A stretch of 64,000 nt of DNA from Candidatus Bathyarchaeota archaeon (GTDB lineage Archaea; Thermoproteota; Bathyarchaeia; Bathyarchaeales; Bathycorpusculaceae): NCBI GenBank assembly GCA_963833575.1, contig CAWHXY010000007.1:631273-695272 (forward strand), read 5' to 3'. Below the pieces are notes generated by a model. The model made no database searches. It saw only the letters and a list, made by a program, of their open reading frames with translations, and was not told where the DNA came from. This document shows, one piece after another, positions 53,281 through 64,000 of the stretch (positions within the stretch are counted from its first letter, which is position 1; each line of letters opens with the position of its first letter). Position numbers and translations under genes: made by a program.

Positions 53281-55961
53281 ACTTTTTCACCTCCAATTTC
53301 ATTTTCAGTTTCAGTTGGTAGAGTAACTTTGAATGTTGTTCCAGCTCCATTGGCTGTCCTTACTGCTATTGTTCCTCCATGTGCTTCGACGATACGTTTG
53401 CATATAGCTAAACCAAAACCCATACCCTGAGCTTTCGTAGTAAATAATGGGGCAAACAGTTTTGGCAAGATTTCATCAGGAATACCAACTCCCGTGTCTG
53501 CAAAAGAAATTTCCAGTTCCCCGTTTGCCTCTTTACTATCAATTGTTAGCTTACCTACGTTTGGCATCGCTTCAATACCGTTTTTAATCAAGTTAATGAA
53601 AACTCTTTTAATTTTGTCAGGGTCAACTTTTATGAGTGGCTTTTCTGAAACATTATTTAGTATTTCCACTTTTTCAGGCACATCCATTATGGCCATAGAT
53701 TCTATTATCAAGTTTCTTGGCGAGTAATCTTGCAAGTCTAAATGTATTTCTCTTGAGTAATCCAAAAGATCGCTAACAATCTTATTTGAATAATTAACGC
53801 AACTGTCGATTGTTTCAAGCATTTCGTCGGCTTGAGATTCAGGAATTGTTTTACCTTTCTTTTTTAGGAAATATGTAGCGTTTTTAATGCCTGATAAAGG
53901 ATTACGTAAATCATGCCCAACCATCCCAGCTAACTCACCGATAGCAGCCAGCCTTTCGGACTTAACAAGTTTAGTCTGCGTCTGCTTTAGTTGCTCAGTT
54001 CTCTGCTTAACGAGGTCTTCAAGTCTTTGAGAATATTTTGATAATTCACATTGCAATTTCTTAATTTCAGTTATATCCAGTCCAAGTTCAAGCACGCCAA
54101 CAACGTTACCCTCTTTATCTTTCATCGGCGTAGCAGTAACTTCCAATATTATATTTTTGCCATTTTTGTTGACCGTCAATTCGTGAATATCAATTATCTT
54201 TCTGCCAAAAATTTTCTCCGCACCGCAGTCTAAACAGATGTGATCCCTGCCATGAATAGCTGAATAACAAGTTTGATTCACTACTTCGCCATGGAGTTGT
54301 TTACCAAACTTGTTCATCCAAGTAATTCGGTAGTCCTTGTCGAGTAACATGAGAGAAGCACTGATGTTTTCTGTAATGGCTTCAAGCTTGTTGCGTTCCT
54401 CCCGGATTTTCTCTTCGAGTTTTTTCTTCTCAGTAATGTCAACTGTCAGTTCTAAAGCCGCAATGACTTTTCCATCTTTATCTCTAATTGATGTGGCGAT
54501 GAGTTCAAACCAACAAGGCTGACCCTTATCCTGTAATTCTTTGTTCAAATACTCCCGTGTATCTAATTGAGCGCCTTCAAAAATTTTCTTAGGTCCACAG
54601 TCCGGGCATACGGTTTTTAGAGTATTGAAAGTTGAATAGCACATTTTATTGCAAACGTCTCCATTCAAAGTTTTCAAAAAGTTGTTAGTCCAAAGTATCC
54701 GGTAATCCCTATTGACGATAACTAAGCCAGCACCAATGTTTTCCGTGATGTTCTCAAGCATGGCCCGCTCTTGGTCAACAGATGTTTCCATCTGTTTTTG
54801 CTTCGTTATGTCATGAAAAATGCAATGCAGCAACTTTTTGCCTGCAAATTCAATGGCTCTTGTAGTAACTAAAACATTTTTAATATCGCCATTTTTTGTT
54901 AAATGTAATGTCTCAAATTCTCCTCCGCCTTGAGTTATCATTTCCATGATATGCAATTTTGTCTCGTCGGTTGATTCCTTAGCTTCTATGTCAAAAATGG
55001 TAAGTTTTTTGAATTCTTCTCGGGAATAATCAAGTTGCAAATGAGCCTTGTCATTAAATTCGACGAAGAGAGCAGTTTTTGGGTCAACAACTAAGACGCC
55101 TAATCGAGCTTGATCAAACAAAGCGTAGTAGCGTTGTTCCGCTTCTCTCATTTTTTGGTCGGTTTGTTTCTTGTTTGTCAAATCTTTTACTAACCCAACG
55201 GCGCTCCATTTTCCACCAAACTTTATCGGTGATATTGCCAATTTCGCTGGGAATTCGCTGCCGTCTTTGCGTCGCCCGACTAATTCAACATCTCCAACTG
55301 TAAAGTAACCAGTGCCTGTTTCGGCGAATGTTTTTACAGATGCCTCAATACGCGCTTTTCCTTCTTTGCACATTGTGTTTGGAACAACAAGCTGGTGCAA
55401 ATCTTTGCCGACTGCAGCTTCACTGGAATACCCAAAGATTTTTTCTGCGGCAGAATTCCAATAAGTAATTTGTGCTTCCTCATTTACCACGATTATAGCA
55501 TCTCTGACAAAATTGGTTATACCTTGAAATTTTTCTTCGCTTTCAAGCAAATCTTGCTGAAGCTGTTGTTGATGTTTTGATCTTTCAGTGACATCATCAA
55601 AAACCACAAGATCTAATGATTTTCCTTCGTTTCTAATTCGAGTGCCTTTTACTTCTAGGCGTCTGACCTCACCATTCTTGGCCCTTAGTGTAATTTCATA
55701 AGCCGGGATGTTTGACTTTTCAAACCTTTTTTTCATTTTTTCCATTATTAACTGTTTATAATGCTCGTCGATAAAACTTAGTTCAGCTAAGCTTTTTCCT
55801 ACTAGTTCTTTCTTTGAATAGCCAGAATATTTTTCCAAAACGCTATTTGCAGCTACAATGGTCCTAGTACTATCTATGACAATTGCTGGGTCAGGAATAA
55901 GGTCAATCAACACCCGTAGACTATCGTTATGTTCGTTGTTCTTGTTTTTGTTCTTCTGCAT
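53232..55961 (-). CDS. Multi-PAS sensor histidine kinase
   Basis: Five PAS-like domains (two with Cys-rich CY...C.DC), GHDLRNPL, N.IKN, DTG.GI, FTTK..GMGFGL. Confidence 0.93.
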   Translation of the reverse strand: MQKNKNKNNEHNDSLRVLIDLIPDPAIVIDSTRTIVAANSVLEKYSGYSKKELVGKSLAELSFIDEHYKQLIMEKMKKRFEKSNIPAYEITLRAKNGEVRRLEVKGTRIRNEGKSLDLVVFDDVTERSKHQQQLQQDLLESEEKFQGITNFVRDAIIVVNEEAQITYWNSAAEKIFGYSSEAAVGKDLHQLVVPNTMCKEGKARIEASVKTFAETGTGYFTVGDVELVGRRKDGSEFPAKLAISPIKFGGKWSAVGLVKDLTNKKQTDQKMREAEQRYYALFDQARLGVLVVDPKTALFVEFNDKAHLQLDYSREEFKKLTIFDIEAKESTDETKLHIMEMITQGGGEFETLHLTKNGDIKNVLVTTRAIEFAGKKLLHCIFHDITKQKQMETSVDQERAMLENITENIGAGLVIVNRDYRILWTNNFLKTLNGDVCNKMCYSTFNTLKTVCPDCGPKKIFEGAQLDTREYLNKELQDKGQPCWFELIATSIRDKDGKVIAALELTVDITEKKKLEEKIREERNKLEAITENISASLMLLDKDYRITWMNKFGKQLHGEVVNQTCYSAIHGRDHICLDCGAEKIFGRKIIDIHELTVNKNGKNIILEVTATPMKDKEGNVVGVLELGLDITEIKKLQCELSKYSQRLEDLVKQRTEQLKQTQTKLVKSERLAAIGELAGMVGHDLRNPLSGIKNATYFLKKKGKTIPESQADEMLETIDSCVNYSNKIVSDLLDYSREIHLDLQDYSPRNLIIESMAIMDVPEKVEILNNVSEKPLIKVDPDKIKRVFINLIKNGIEAMPNVGKLTIDSKEANGELEISFADTGVGIPDEILPKLFAPLFTTKAQGMGFGLAICKRIVEAHGGTIAVRTANGAGTTFKVTLPTETENEIGGEKVWIETPKFSLSTMTKT

Positions 55962-56361
55962 CTACTAATACCTCTATTTGAACAATTTGTGTCGTATCTT
56001 CATAGTATGACTTCGACAGTTCAACGTACTGTTTAAAAGTTAAATCTGGAACAAGCCAATTCGGACCCTTCCATTTGTAGTCACAACTGATTTTATCGTG
56101 GAGTTTGGCAATGACTAAAATTTCTAACTTTCTGGCACCGGATCCAAAAATTTTTTCAAGAGCATCTGAGAAATCCTCGATTTTACTCGGAATTTCCTGT
56201 TTTGTAATCATAAATTTCTCTGTTAAGTGAAAATAAATTACCCTCTTTACATTTTCTCCTAAAGTTGAAAATGCTTCATCAATTGACTCTAGCAAAACGC
56301 TTTCGAATTTCTTGCGATTGATGTTGTTTCCGATGTTTTTGTTCAACTGCCTTTTCCTCAA
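55927..56361 (-). CDS. Archaeal conserved hypothetical protein in a kinase operon (DUF3227-like)
   Basis: ESIDEAFSTLGE....IYFHL...F...LEKIFG.GA..LE; overlaps the kinase start. Confidence 0.65.
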   Translation of the reverse strand: MRKRQLNKNIGNNINRKKFESVLLESIDEAFSTLGENVKRVIYFHLTEKFMITKQEIPSKIEDFSDALEKIFGSGARKLEILVIAKLHDKISCDYKWKGPNWLVPDLTFKQYVELSKSYYEDTTQIVQIEVLVDAEEQKQEQRT

Positions 56362-56687
56362 AATGCCCTTAACGCCATAAGTTCTTTTTGCAATGCTTCT
56401 AAAACAACGGAAAGAAAGTAAAGCGTTATGAAGTCTTAATTCTTACCATCAATTCATTACGAGATAGTATAATCGAGTATTTTACTTGAGACAAGAAATG
56501 TTTATTTCAAGTTCGAGAATCTAATTATTTAGTCGATGAGAAGATAGAAATTAAAATCATTGTTTTTAGTTAAATCGAATGTTTCTAACAATGTGTTATT
56601 GTTACATTGTGTTAGCCAGAAGCTTTAAGTTTAATTACTGTAATCGGTTATCTCCATTGGGTCTTAAATCCGCCAAAACATGAAAGA

Positions 56688-56766
56688 GGGGCCGTCGTCT
56701 AGCATGGTTCAGGATACATGCCTGGGGCGTATGCGATCCTGGGTTCAAATCCCAGCGGCCTCACCA
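56688..56766 (+). tRNA. tRNA-Pro(GGG), CCA encoded
   Basis: GGGGCCG acceptor stem, loop CT-GGG-GC, GGTTCAAATCC, CGGCCTC-A-CCA. Confidence 0.92.
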
Positions 56767-57183
56767 AAATTACCCTGTTACTTTTTGAACAGATGAATAC
56801 CTTGAAGAAGAGAAGGCTAGGCGTTTTCGAACAATGTGCCTGGTGCTAAGCCATCTTTGGAAGTGTCTACTTAAGCTTTGCTCAAACTGGTTTGTTCCGT
56901 TGCCTGAGTGTTTGAATTGGGTATTTGACAGTTGTTATTGCTAAGTGTTGGCTTGTCCCTTTATTGGGTGTTAAAGTAAGTTGGCGATCTTGCTTTGTCG
57001 AGTCTTCTAATATTTTGGGTTATTTTTGTGTTCTGAACTAGGCTTTAGTTGTTGACTTGAGGTATTTTGTTTCTGTATCGTGGATTCACAAGTCATTTAT
57101 CATAGTGTTACATAATTTTCCATTTCGGTGGGTGTTGCCGTATAACTGGTTTAAAGTCTTTCGAAGAGACTAGGGTAATAAGA

Positions 57184-59225
57184 GTGTTGCATGTTGATGA
57201 TGACCCATCCATTCTTGAAATCTCAAAGTTGATGCTGATGGATATAAACAGCAACTTTGAAATTGATCAGGTGGGTTGTGCGGATGAAGCCTTCAAGAAA
57301 CTGGCAACTGAACAATATGATGTTGTAATTTCTGATTATGAAATGCCACAAAAAGATGGACTCCAATTTTTGAAAGAGTTACGTGAACAAAAGAACGAAA
57401 TCCCCTTCTTACTATTTACCGGAAAAGGCAGAGAAGAAGTAGCCATCAATGCTCTTAATTTAGGCGCAGACGGATATTATAACAAACAAGGTTCTCCTGA
57501 AACAGTCTACGGCGAACTATGTCACGGAATAAAAATGGCAGTTAAACGCAAAGCTACAGAAGCAGCGTTATTTAAGGCGCAGACCCTGACAAATTCCATA
57601 ATTAACAGCACAAAAGATATGATTTGGTCGGTTAGTGCTGACGACTTTCGTCTTCTCACATTTAACAAAACGATGAGCGACTACTTTTTCCGGACTCAGA
57701 AGCTGAAACTTAAAGCAGGTATGACCACACAAGAAATCATGCCAACCGAGCAACTCGCTATTAGATGGCTTGAGTTTAATAAAAGAGCATTGAGGGAAGG
57801 CTCATTCACAATTGAATATACGACGTCGAAGGAACCAAGAGTTTTGGAATTGACTTTTAACCTCCTAAAACGTGGAGAAGACGTGTTTGGGATTGCTGTG
57901 TTTGGCAAAGATATTACTGAGCGCAAGAAGGCTCAAGAGGAACTGCTCGAAAGCGAGGAAAGATTTAGGAAAGCGTTCACAACAGGACCTAACGCTTTTT
58001 GCATCACCACTCTAAATAAAGGTAGCATAATGGAGGTTAATGATCGCTTTTCGGAAATTTATGGATATACAAGACAGGAACTCATCGGCAAAACTACTTT
58101 GGAACTTGGCATTTGGGGAAACCCAACAGATAGAGAAAAAATATTTCTTCCCCAAGTCAGGTCCGAAGGGATCATAAGAAACGTGGAAATACTCGGCAGA
58201 AGAAAAAACGGAGAAACCTTCCCCATACAGCTCTCAATGTCCGTACTTCAAGCAAACAATCAACAATTATTGTTGAGTGCGGTTAGAGATATCTCCAGCT
58301 ACAAGCAGGCTGAAGCTGCTTTGAGAGAGAGCGAGTCACGGTATCGTCTACCTAGCAGAAAATGCGCGTGATGTGATTTGGGTATGGGATTTAGAGGGCC
58401 ATTTTACCTATGTTAGCCCATCAGTTTTGCAGCTTAGGGGCTATACCATAGAAGAAGCAATGCAACAATCAATAGTGGAAGCTTTAACTCCAGACTCAGC
58501 CCGATTAGCACTTGATAGCATTCAACGTTTTCTGGATACTGGAACTTATCCATCAAACTATTTTGAATTTGAACAGCCTTGTAAAGACGGCTCAACCGTT
58601 TGGACCGAAATCAGTTTTACAATTCTCCGCGACAAAGATGGAAAACCCAAATCCATCCTTGGGGCAAGCCGCGACATCACTGAACGCAAGAAAGCTGAAT
58701 CACTAAGTAAGAAAGTTGCCGAAGAATGGAGTAGAGTCTTTAACGCGACGACCGATTTTATGTTCATTATTGATAAAGAAAATAGGCTTGTTAACGTTAA
58801 CAAAAAGATCTGCGATTTCCTCAATAAGAAGCCTCAAGATTTGATAGGAAAACATTGTTACGAAGTTATGCATGGGACAGACAGGCCTTGGGTCAATTGT
58901 CCCCATAAGAAAGCGCTGGAAATTGGAGAGCCTGTTTCAAGTGAAGTAGAAGATGCCCATATCGGGACGCCCCTGCTGGTCTCAGTCTCGCCAGTTCCTA
59001 ATGAGAAAGGCGAGTTAATCCAGTTTGTTCATATTGCAAGATTTATCCGAACGCAAAAGGATTGAGCAAGAGTTAAAGAAACACCATGCAAAAATGTAAA
59101 TCGACAACGAGAAGCTCTATGTTGTTGGCGATTTGACTAGGCACGATGTGCGTAACAAGCTTATGGCTATACGATCCTACGTTTATTTGCTTAAGAAGCA
59201 AACTGACGATATCCCAAATTAATAA
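57184..59225 (+). pseudogene. REC-PAS hybrid kinase, frameshifted (near 58350 and 59045) and truncated after the His box
   Basis: REC and PAS domains span two ORFs; an LTRHDVRNKL remnant lies at about 59133-59162 and no ATPase domain follows. Confidence 0.8.
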
Positions 59226-59581
59226 GTCTTAACTTGAATTCACAGAGGCTGTCCCCGAAGAACACCTAGTAAGCATGTTCTCGCAAACCATCCGCAAAAA
59301 ATGTGCCAAGCAGCCACATGGCAGAACGGCCAAGGGCGAGTGTGTAGAAACTCGGTTTTGAGATAATATTGTTCAAACCGCCAGACCAAAAGCATGAATG
59401 ACAATACAGAATAGGATAAACGCAATTTTCGTTGTTTCAAATCTTCCTTAACAATGGAGCTTTTAGAAAACATTTTATGTTGAGAAGATTTCATTTTGCA
59501 GGTTTTTAAGAGAAAGTATTTTCAATTCAGAACAAAAATTCATAACCGTTATTATATCAACATTTCAACATTAGATATGCC

Positions 59582-61860
59582 ATGGTCGACGTCGAACAAA
59601 CCCAACAAGCGCCAAGAGTCGAGATTAATTCTCAAGTCTCGAACGATTCCCTAAATGGCAACTCGAAAAGGTACGTGCATATTTTGCATGTTGATGACGA
59701 CGTTGGTTTTTTGGAAGTTTCGAAGCAGATACTATTGATGCAAAGCAATTTTGACATTGATGTAGCCACATCTGTTGATGAAGCCCTCGAAAAAATGGAT
59801 AAACAAAATTATGATGCAATAGTTTCCGATTACGAAATGCCTTCAAAAAATGGAATAGACTTTCTTAAAGAACTCAGAGAACAAAATAATCAAATTCCTT
59901 TTATCTTATTTACGGGGAGAGGCAGGGAAGACGTTGCTGTTAAAGCTTTGAATTTAGGCGCTGACCGCTACCTAAACAAAAACGGTTCAACAGAAACCGT
60001 TTATTGCGAATTAGCACATACGATAAACAAGATTGTCGAACAAGAAAAATCACGGGAGATTCTGCGAGAAAGCGAGGAGAGGTACCGAGAACTGGCAAAT
60101 TCTTTGCCTAACATTATTTTTGAGACTAACATGAACGGGCAAGTGGTATTTACCAATAAAATGGGCTATGAAACTTCCGGCTATTCTCAAGGTGACCTTG
60201 AAAAAGAGCTGAATATTATGCAGTTCATCTCTTCTGAAGACAAAGAAAGAGCATTGAAAAACATTCAGCTGCTGCTAGCCGGAAGAGAATCTTTCCCTAT
60301 CGAGTACACATTCGTGCGAAAAGACGGGACAACTTTCCCTGCGCTTATCACGACAGCGCTTATTATTTGCCAAAACAAGGTGACTGGACTTAGGGGCTTG
60401 GTCTTAGATATTACTGAACGAAAAAAAGCAGAAGAAATCGTGAGAAAAAGCGAGGAAAGATATCGAGAACTTGCAAACTCTTTACCGGAGATTGTTTTTG
60501 AGACCGATCTAACTGGAAAGATTACATTCTTTAGCAAACAAGCTTTGGAGGTAACAGGATTTACAGGGGAGGAACTCGAAAAAGGCTTGAACATGCTGTC
60601 GTTCGTTATTCCCGGCGAACGCGAAAGGGCAGCTATGAACATGAAGAAGTCAATGGCTGGTGAAAACATTGGTTCTAACGAATATACGCTTTCCAGAAAA
60701 GACGGAACTACTTTTCCTGCATTTGTCAGCACGAGTCCAATAATCTCCGAAAACAAAGCAACAGGGCTCAGAGGGTGGTAATAGACATTTCAGAACGCAA
60801 GAAAGCTGAGGAAATTGTCAGAAAAAGTGAGGAGATGTATCGGGAACTTGCAAATTTTTTGCCAGTAATTGTTTTTGAGACTGACCTAACTGGAAAAATT
60901 ACCTTCTTCAGTACACGAGCTTTCGAGTTAACAGGCGTCACACCAGAAGACATTGAAAAAGGCTCAAACATTATATCATTCGTCTTGCCCCAAGAGCGAG
61001 AAAGGGCAATAGAAAATATGAAGAAGTCTATGGTTGGACAAGACCCCGATGCAAACGAGTATACGCTCGTCAGAAAAAATGGTACTACTTATCCCGCGCT
61101 TGTTAGGACTACTCCCATTATTTGTAAAAACAGGGCAATAGGGGTTAGAGGGCTGGTTATAGATATCACGGAACGTAAGAAAGCTGAAATGGATTTGAAA
61201 GAAAGCCGTGATAAACTCGAATTGATGAACGAGAAGTTGCGTGTGGTGGGAAGCTTGTCTAGACATGATGTTCGTAACAAACTTTCAGCGGTGAATGGTT
61301 ATACGTATTTGCTAAAAAAGAAACATGCGGATCAGACGGACGTTGTTGAGGGATTGGAGAAGATTGAGCAGCAGGTCAAGGATTCGGCAAAGATTTTTGA
61401 GTTCGCCAAAATGTATGAGCAACTGGGTGTTGAAGAGTTAACTTACATTGATGTTGGGAAGGCTGTGGATGAGGCTGTGGCCTTTTCCCGGGGAAACGTA
61501 AGGTAGTCAATGACTGCCAAGGTGTAAGGGTGCTGGCGGATTCATTCCTTAGGCAGATGTTCTACAATTTCATTGATAATACAAGAAAATATGGTGAGAA
61601 AGCAACCACTGCAAAGGTTTATTGTGACCAGGAAGAGCAGGATGGTTTGCGCCTAATTTATGAAGATGATGGCGTCGGCATCTTGGCGGAGAACAAATCC
61701 AAGCTCTTCAAGGAGGGCTTTAGCACTGGAGGCAGCACGGGCTTCGGGTTGTTCTTGATTAAGAAGATGATGGATGTTTACGGTTGGAAGATAGAAGAAC
61801 AGGTGAAGAAGGAAAAGGAGTAAAATTCGTCAGAACAATTCCCAAAACAAAGTATTGCTA
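59582..61860 (+). pseudogene. REC-PAS x3-histidine kinase broken by frameshifts (near 60775, 61490, 61800)
   Basis: Three consecutive ORFs reconstitute a paralogue of 14422-17046. Confidence 0.85.
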
Positions 61861-61997
61861 AACAATCAGCAACTATTGTCTTTCCCGTCATTATGCCCTT
61901 GATAGACTGCAAAGAAGTGGATAAGTTCTAAGGTCTAAAACTTGACTTTACAACACGCTTAAATCTCAAAAAAAGAATAGACTTTACTGGTGGTTTT

Positions 61998-62446
61998 TTG
62001 TCTTTAGAAGAGAATAAAGCGATTGTTCGCAGATTTATTGAAGATTATAATAATCGAAACGTGGATTACTTGAAATTAATAGACGATTTTGTGGCACCAG
62101 ATTATATCGATCACTCCAAGAATGTCGGTCGAGAAGGTCTCAAACAATTATTTATTATGGGTCTTAATGCATTTCCTGATTGGCATGAATCTATTGAAGA
62201 CATTATCGCTGAAGGAGACAAGGTGTGGGTTCGCCTTTCCTATGCTGGGACCCACAAAGGCGAATTTATGGGACTAGTCCTACCGAAAAGAAGATAAAAT
62301 CTAAGGCTGTTGACATTTATCGTATAGTGAATGGCAAACTTGCAGAGTACTGGAACGTTACTGACAACGTTAATATTTTCATGCAAGTAGGCGCTATCGA
62401 AGTCACAGAAAAGGGAAAGCAGCTCTTTTCAGACGATGCCAAGTGA
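61998..62446 (+). pseudogene. SnoaL-like ester cyclase, frameshifted near 62278
   Basis: EENKAIVRRF, AFPD, IAEGDKVW, GTHKGEFMG, then PT.KKI...DIYRI.NGKL.E.W in the next frame. Confidence 0.85.
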
Positions 62447-62772
62447 AGTTTCTTTATGTTTATTCATCTCAAGGAATCAAGGCAAATAAGATGAGAATTT
62501 TATAATTGGATTCGAGCCTGAATAAGTTTAAGTATCTACCGGACTTGTCACCAAACTAGCCTGAATCCCGTGTAGCATCGTCTTTCGTGCTAGTGGGGGA
62601 TACTACACCAATTTGCCATGAAAATCGTTGGAATACCCTAATAGATTTTCATGCCACTTCTATCGACGTTGGCGTCTTGAACTTTACCAGTAAAAAGAAG
62701 CTAAAAGTGGGTCAGACCGAACTTACGCTCAAAATGGTAAGAGTCCCTATGCCGCGAGCTAAAGGTTTACGT

Positions 62773-64000
62773 TTACAGTGGGAGTTCTACTATGAATTTG
62801 GTTCCTTTCCCCGCATCGCTTTCAAAGGTTACGGTTCCTCCTAATGCTTCCACGAACCTCTTAACCACTGATAAGCCAAAACCTTGCCCTTTTGCTTTTG
62901 TCGTCACTAAAGGCGTAAATATCTTGCTTTTTACGCTTTCAGGTATTCCTTCACCCGAATCCTCGACGACGATTGCGGCTTTTCCGTTTTTGCTAAAAAC
63001 CGCGATTGTGAGTTTGCCTCCTTTTGGCATAGCTTGAATGGCATTGTTGGATAGATTTGTTAATATCCTCTGCAGATATGATTGGTCAGTTTTCAGTTTT
63101 GGGAAATCCTTCGTGATAGAATATGTGACTGTGATGTCTTGGGGAATTACCAGGATTGCCAAAACGGACTGGATAATTTGTTCAAGGTCGGTATCCTCGA
63201 TTCTAGGAGATAGAGGTCTAGCGAAATCTTGCAGGTCAGCAACAATCTTGTTAATGTAAACTAAATTCTTTTCAATTTCATTAAGGCTTTCTAAAGCGGT
63301 CTTCTTCTCTTCGCTATCAATTGTTGAAGCCAGATCTGTCTTGGCCAAGTAAATTCGCTAGTGATAGCCTGCAGCGGGTTTCGTATGTCATGGCCAACCA
63401 TGCCAGCAACCGCACCGATTGCCGCTAAACGTTCGGAATTCTTTAAGTCTTTAGTTCTTTCTTCAACCAGTACCTCCAAATGTTCAGAATGCTTCTTCAA
63501 CTCTTTTTCGTTTTTTTCCAGCATTTCCAGCATTTGGCTATTGAATAGAGCAACCGAGGCAAGTTCTCCAAAGGCCGTTGCCATTTCATCGTCACGTTTG
63601 GTGAATCCACCCGCTTTATTAGCCAACCCGATTACCCCAACCACTTTCTTTTCAATCGTCAATGGTGCAAACAATACGTTATCGAGTTGCACATGACCTT
63701 CTGGCATGAATTTCTTCCATTCACTTTGGTTAAAATCGTTTTCAACTGCAGCTTTCCCCGAGTTGTAGGCTTTAGCGCGAAGTCCTCGAATGGGCATAGG
63801 GAGGGAAGGATCAACGGTGGCAAGGTCGCCCCCCAGAATCAGGAACAAGACTTCGTTTTCTTTTCCATCTTTGCTTAAGAGTGCGACATAACCAGCTGTT
63901 GCTCTGATTAGTTCTTTGGCACCGTCAAATATTGCTCGCGCCGAATCCTGGAATTCTTTGTTTTGCAGAACTGCTCTTGATGCCATCAATAATGCTGAAA
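62773..64000 (-). pseudogene. GAF-containing histidine kinase (partial at the right edge), frameshifted near 63352
   Basis: GAF domain with ANK.GGF, GHDIRNPL; HATPase (NNAIQAM, DSGEGI, TTKAKGQGFGL) in another frame. Confidence 0.82.

Noticed and set aside
59240-59494. 84-aa ORF after the truncated kinase
   Set aside because: No recognisable motifs or start signals; probably spurious.
62617-62653. 10-bp perfect inverted repeat CATGAAAATC-N17-GATTTTCATG
   Set aside because: Single occurrence between convergent genes; no function can be assigned from sequence alone.

Overview
Archaeal chromosomal window. It has archaeal TATA and GGTGA/GAGG ribosome-binding signals, archaeal-type tRNAs and an expanded REC-PAS-histidine kinase family. 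The gene content suggests Bathyarchaeia, which is an inference. It carries housekeeping and redox genes (two tandem Amt ammonium channels, nrdR-nrdD-nrdG with tandem NrdR boxes, korAB, a double ferritin-like protein, flavodoxins), four tRNAs (Ser-GCT, Leu-CAG, His-GTG, Pro-GGG), a frameshifted IS200-type element and several frameshifted sensor kinases near the right end. Two candidate undescribed systems stand out. (1) At 46-51.5 kb, a degenerate polyprenyl-synthase homologue with ComQ-like motif losses converges on an unannotated, duplicated 16-aa basic peptide gene ending in Trp (MEKRRAIRRKPKVLVW). Next to it are an MFS-like membrane protein, a radical SAM/SPASM enzyme and a geranylgeranyl-reductase-family enzyme, so this may be an archaeal prenylated-peptide system. 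(2) At 19.8-31.2 kb, accessory gene blocks are separated by related tRNA-3'-end-derived inverted-repeat sites with a 6-bp spacer, resembling a tRNA-anchored recombination cassette array. Also notable are three 10-bp-periodic arrays that all follow TGCAGG(A/T)TG, and an unannotated 45-aa peptide with 10 cysteines. All product calls come from motif recognition by eye; no searches were run.
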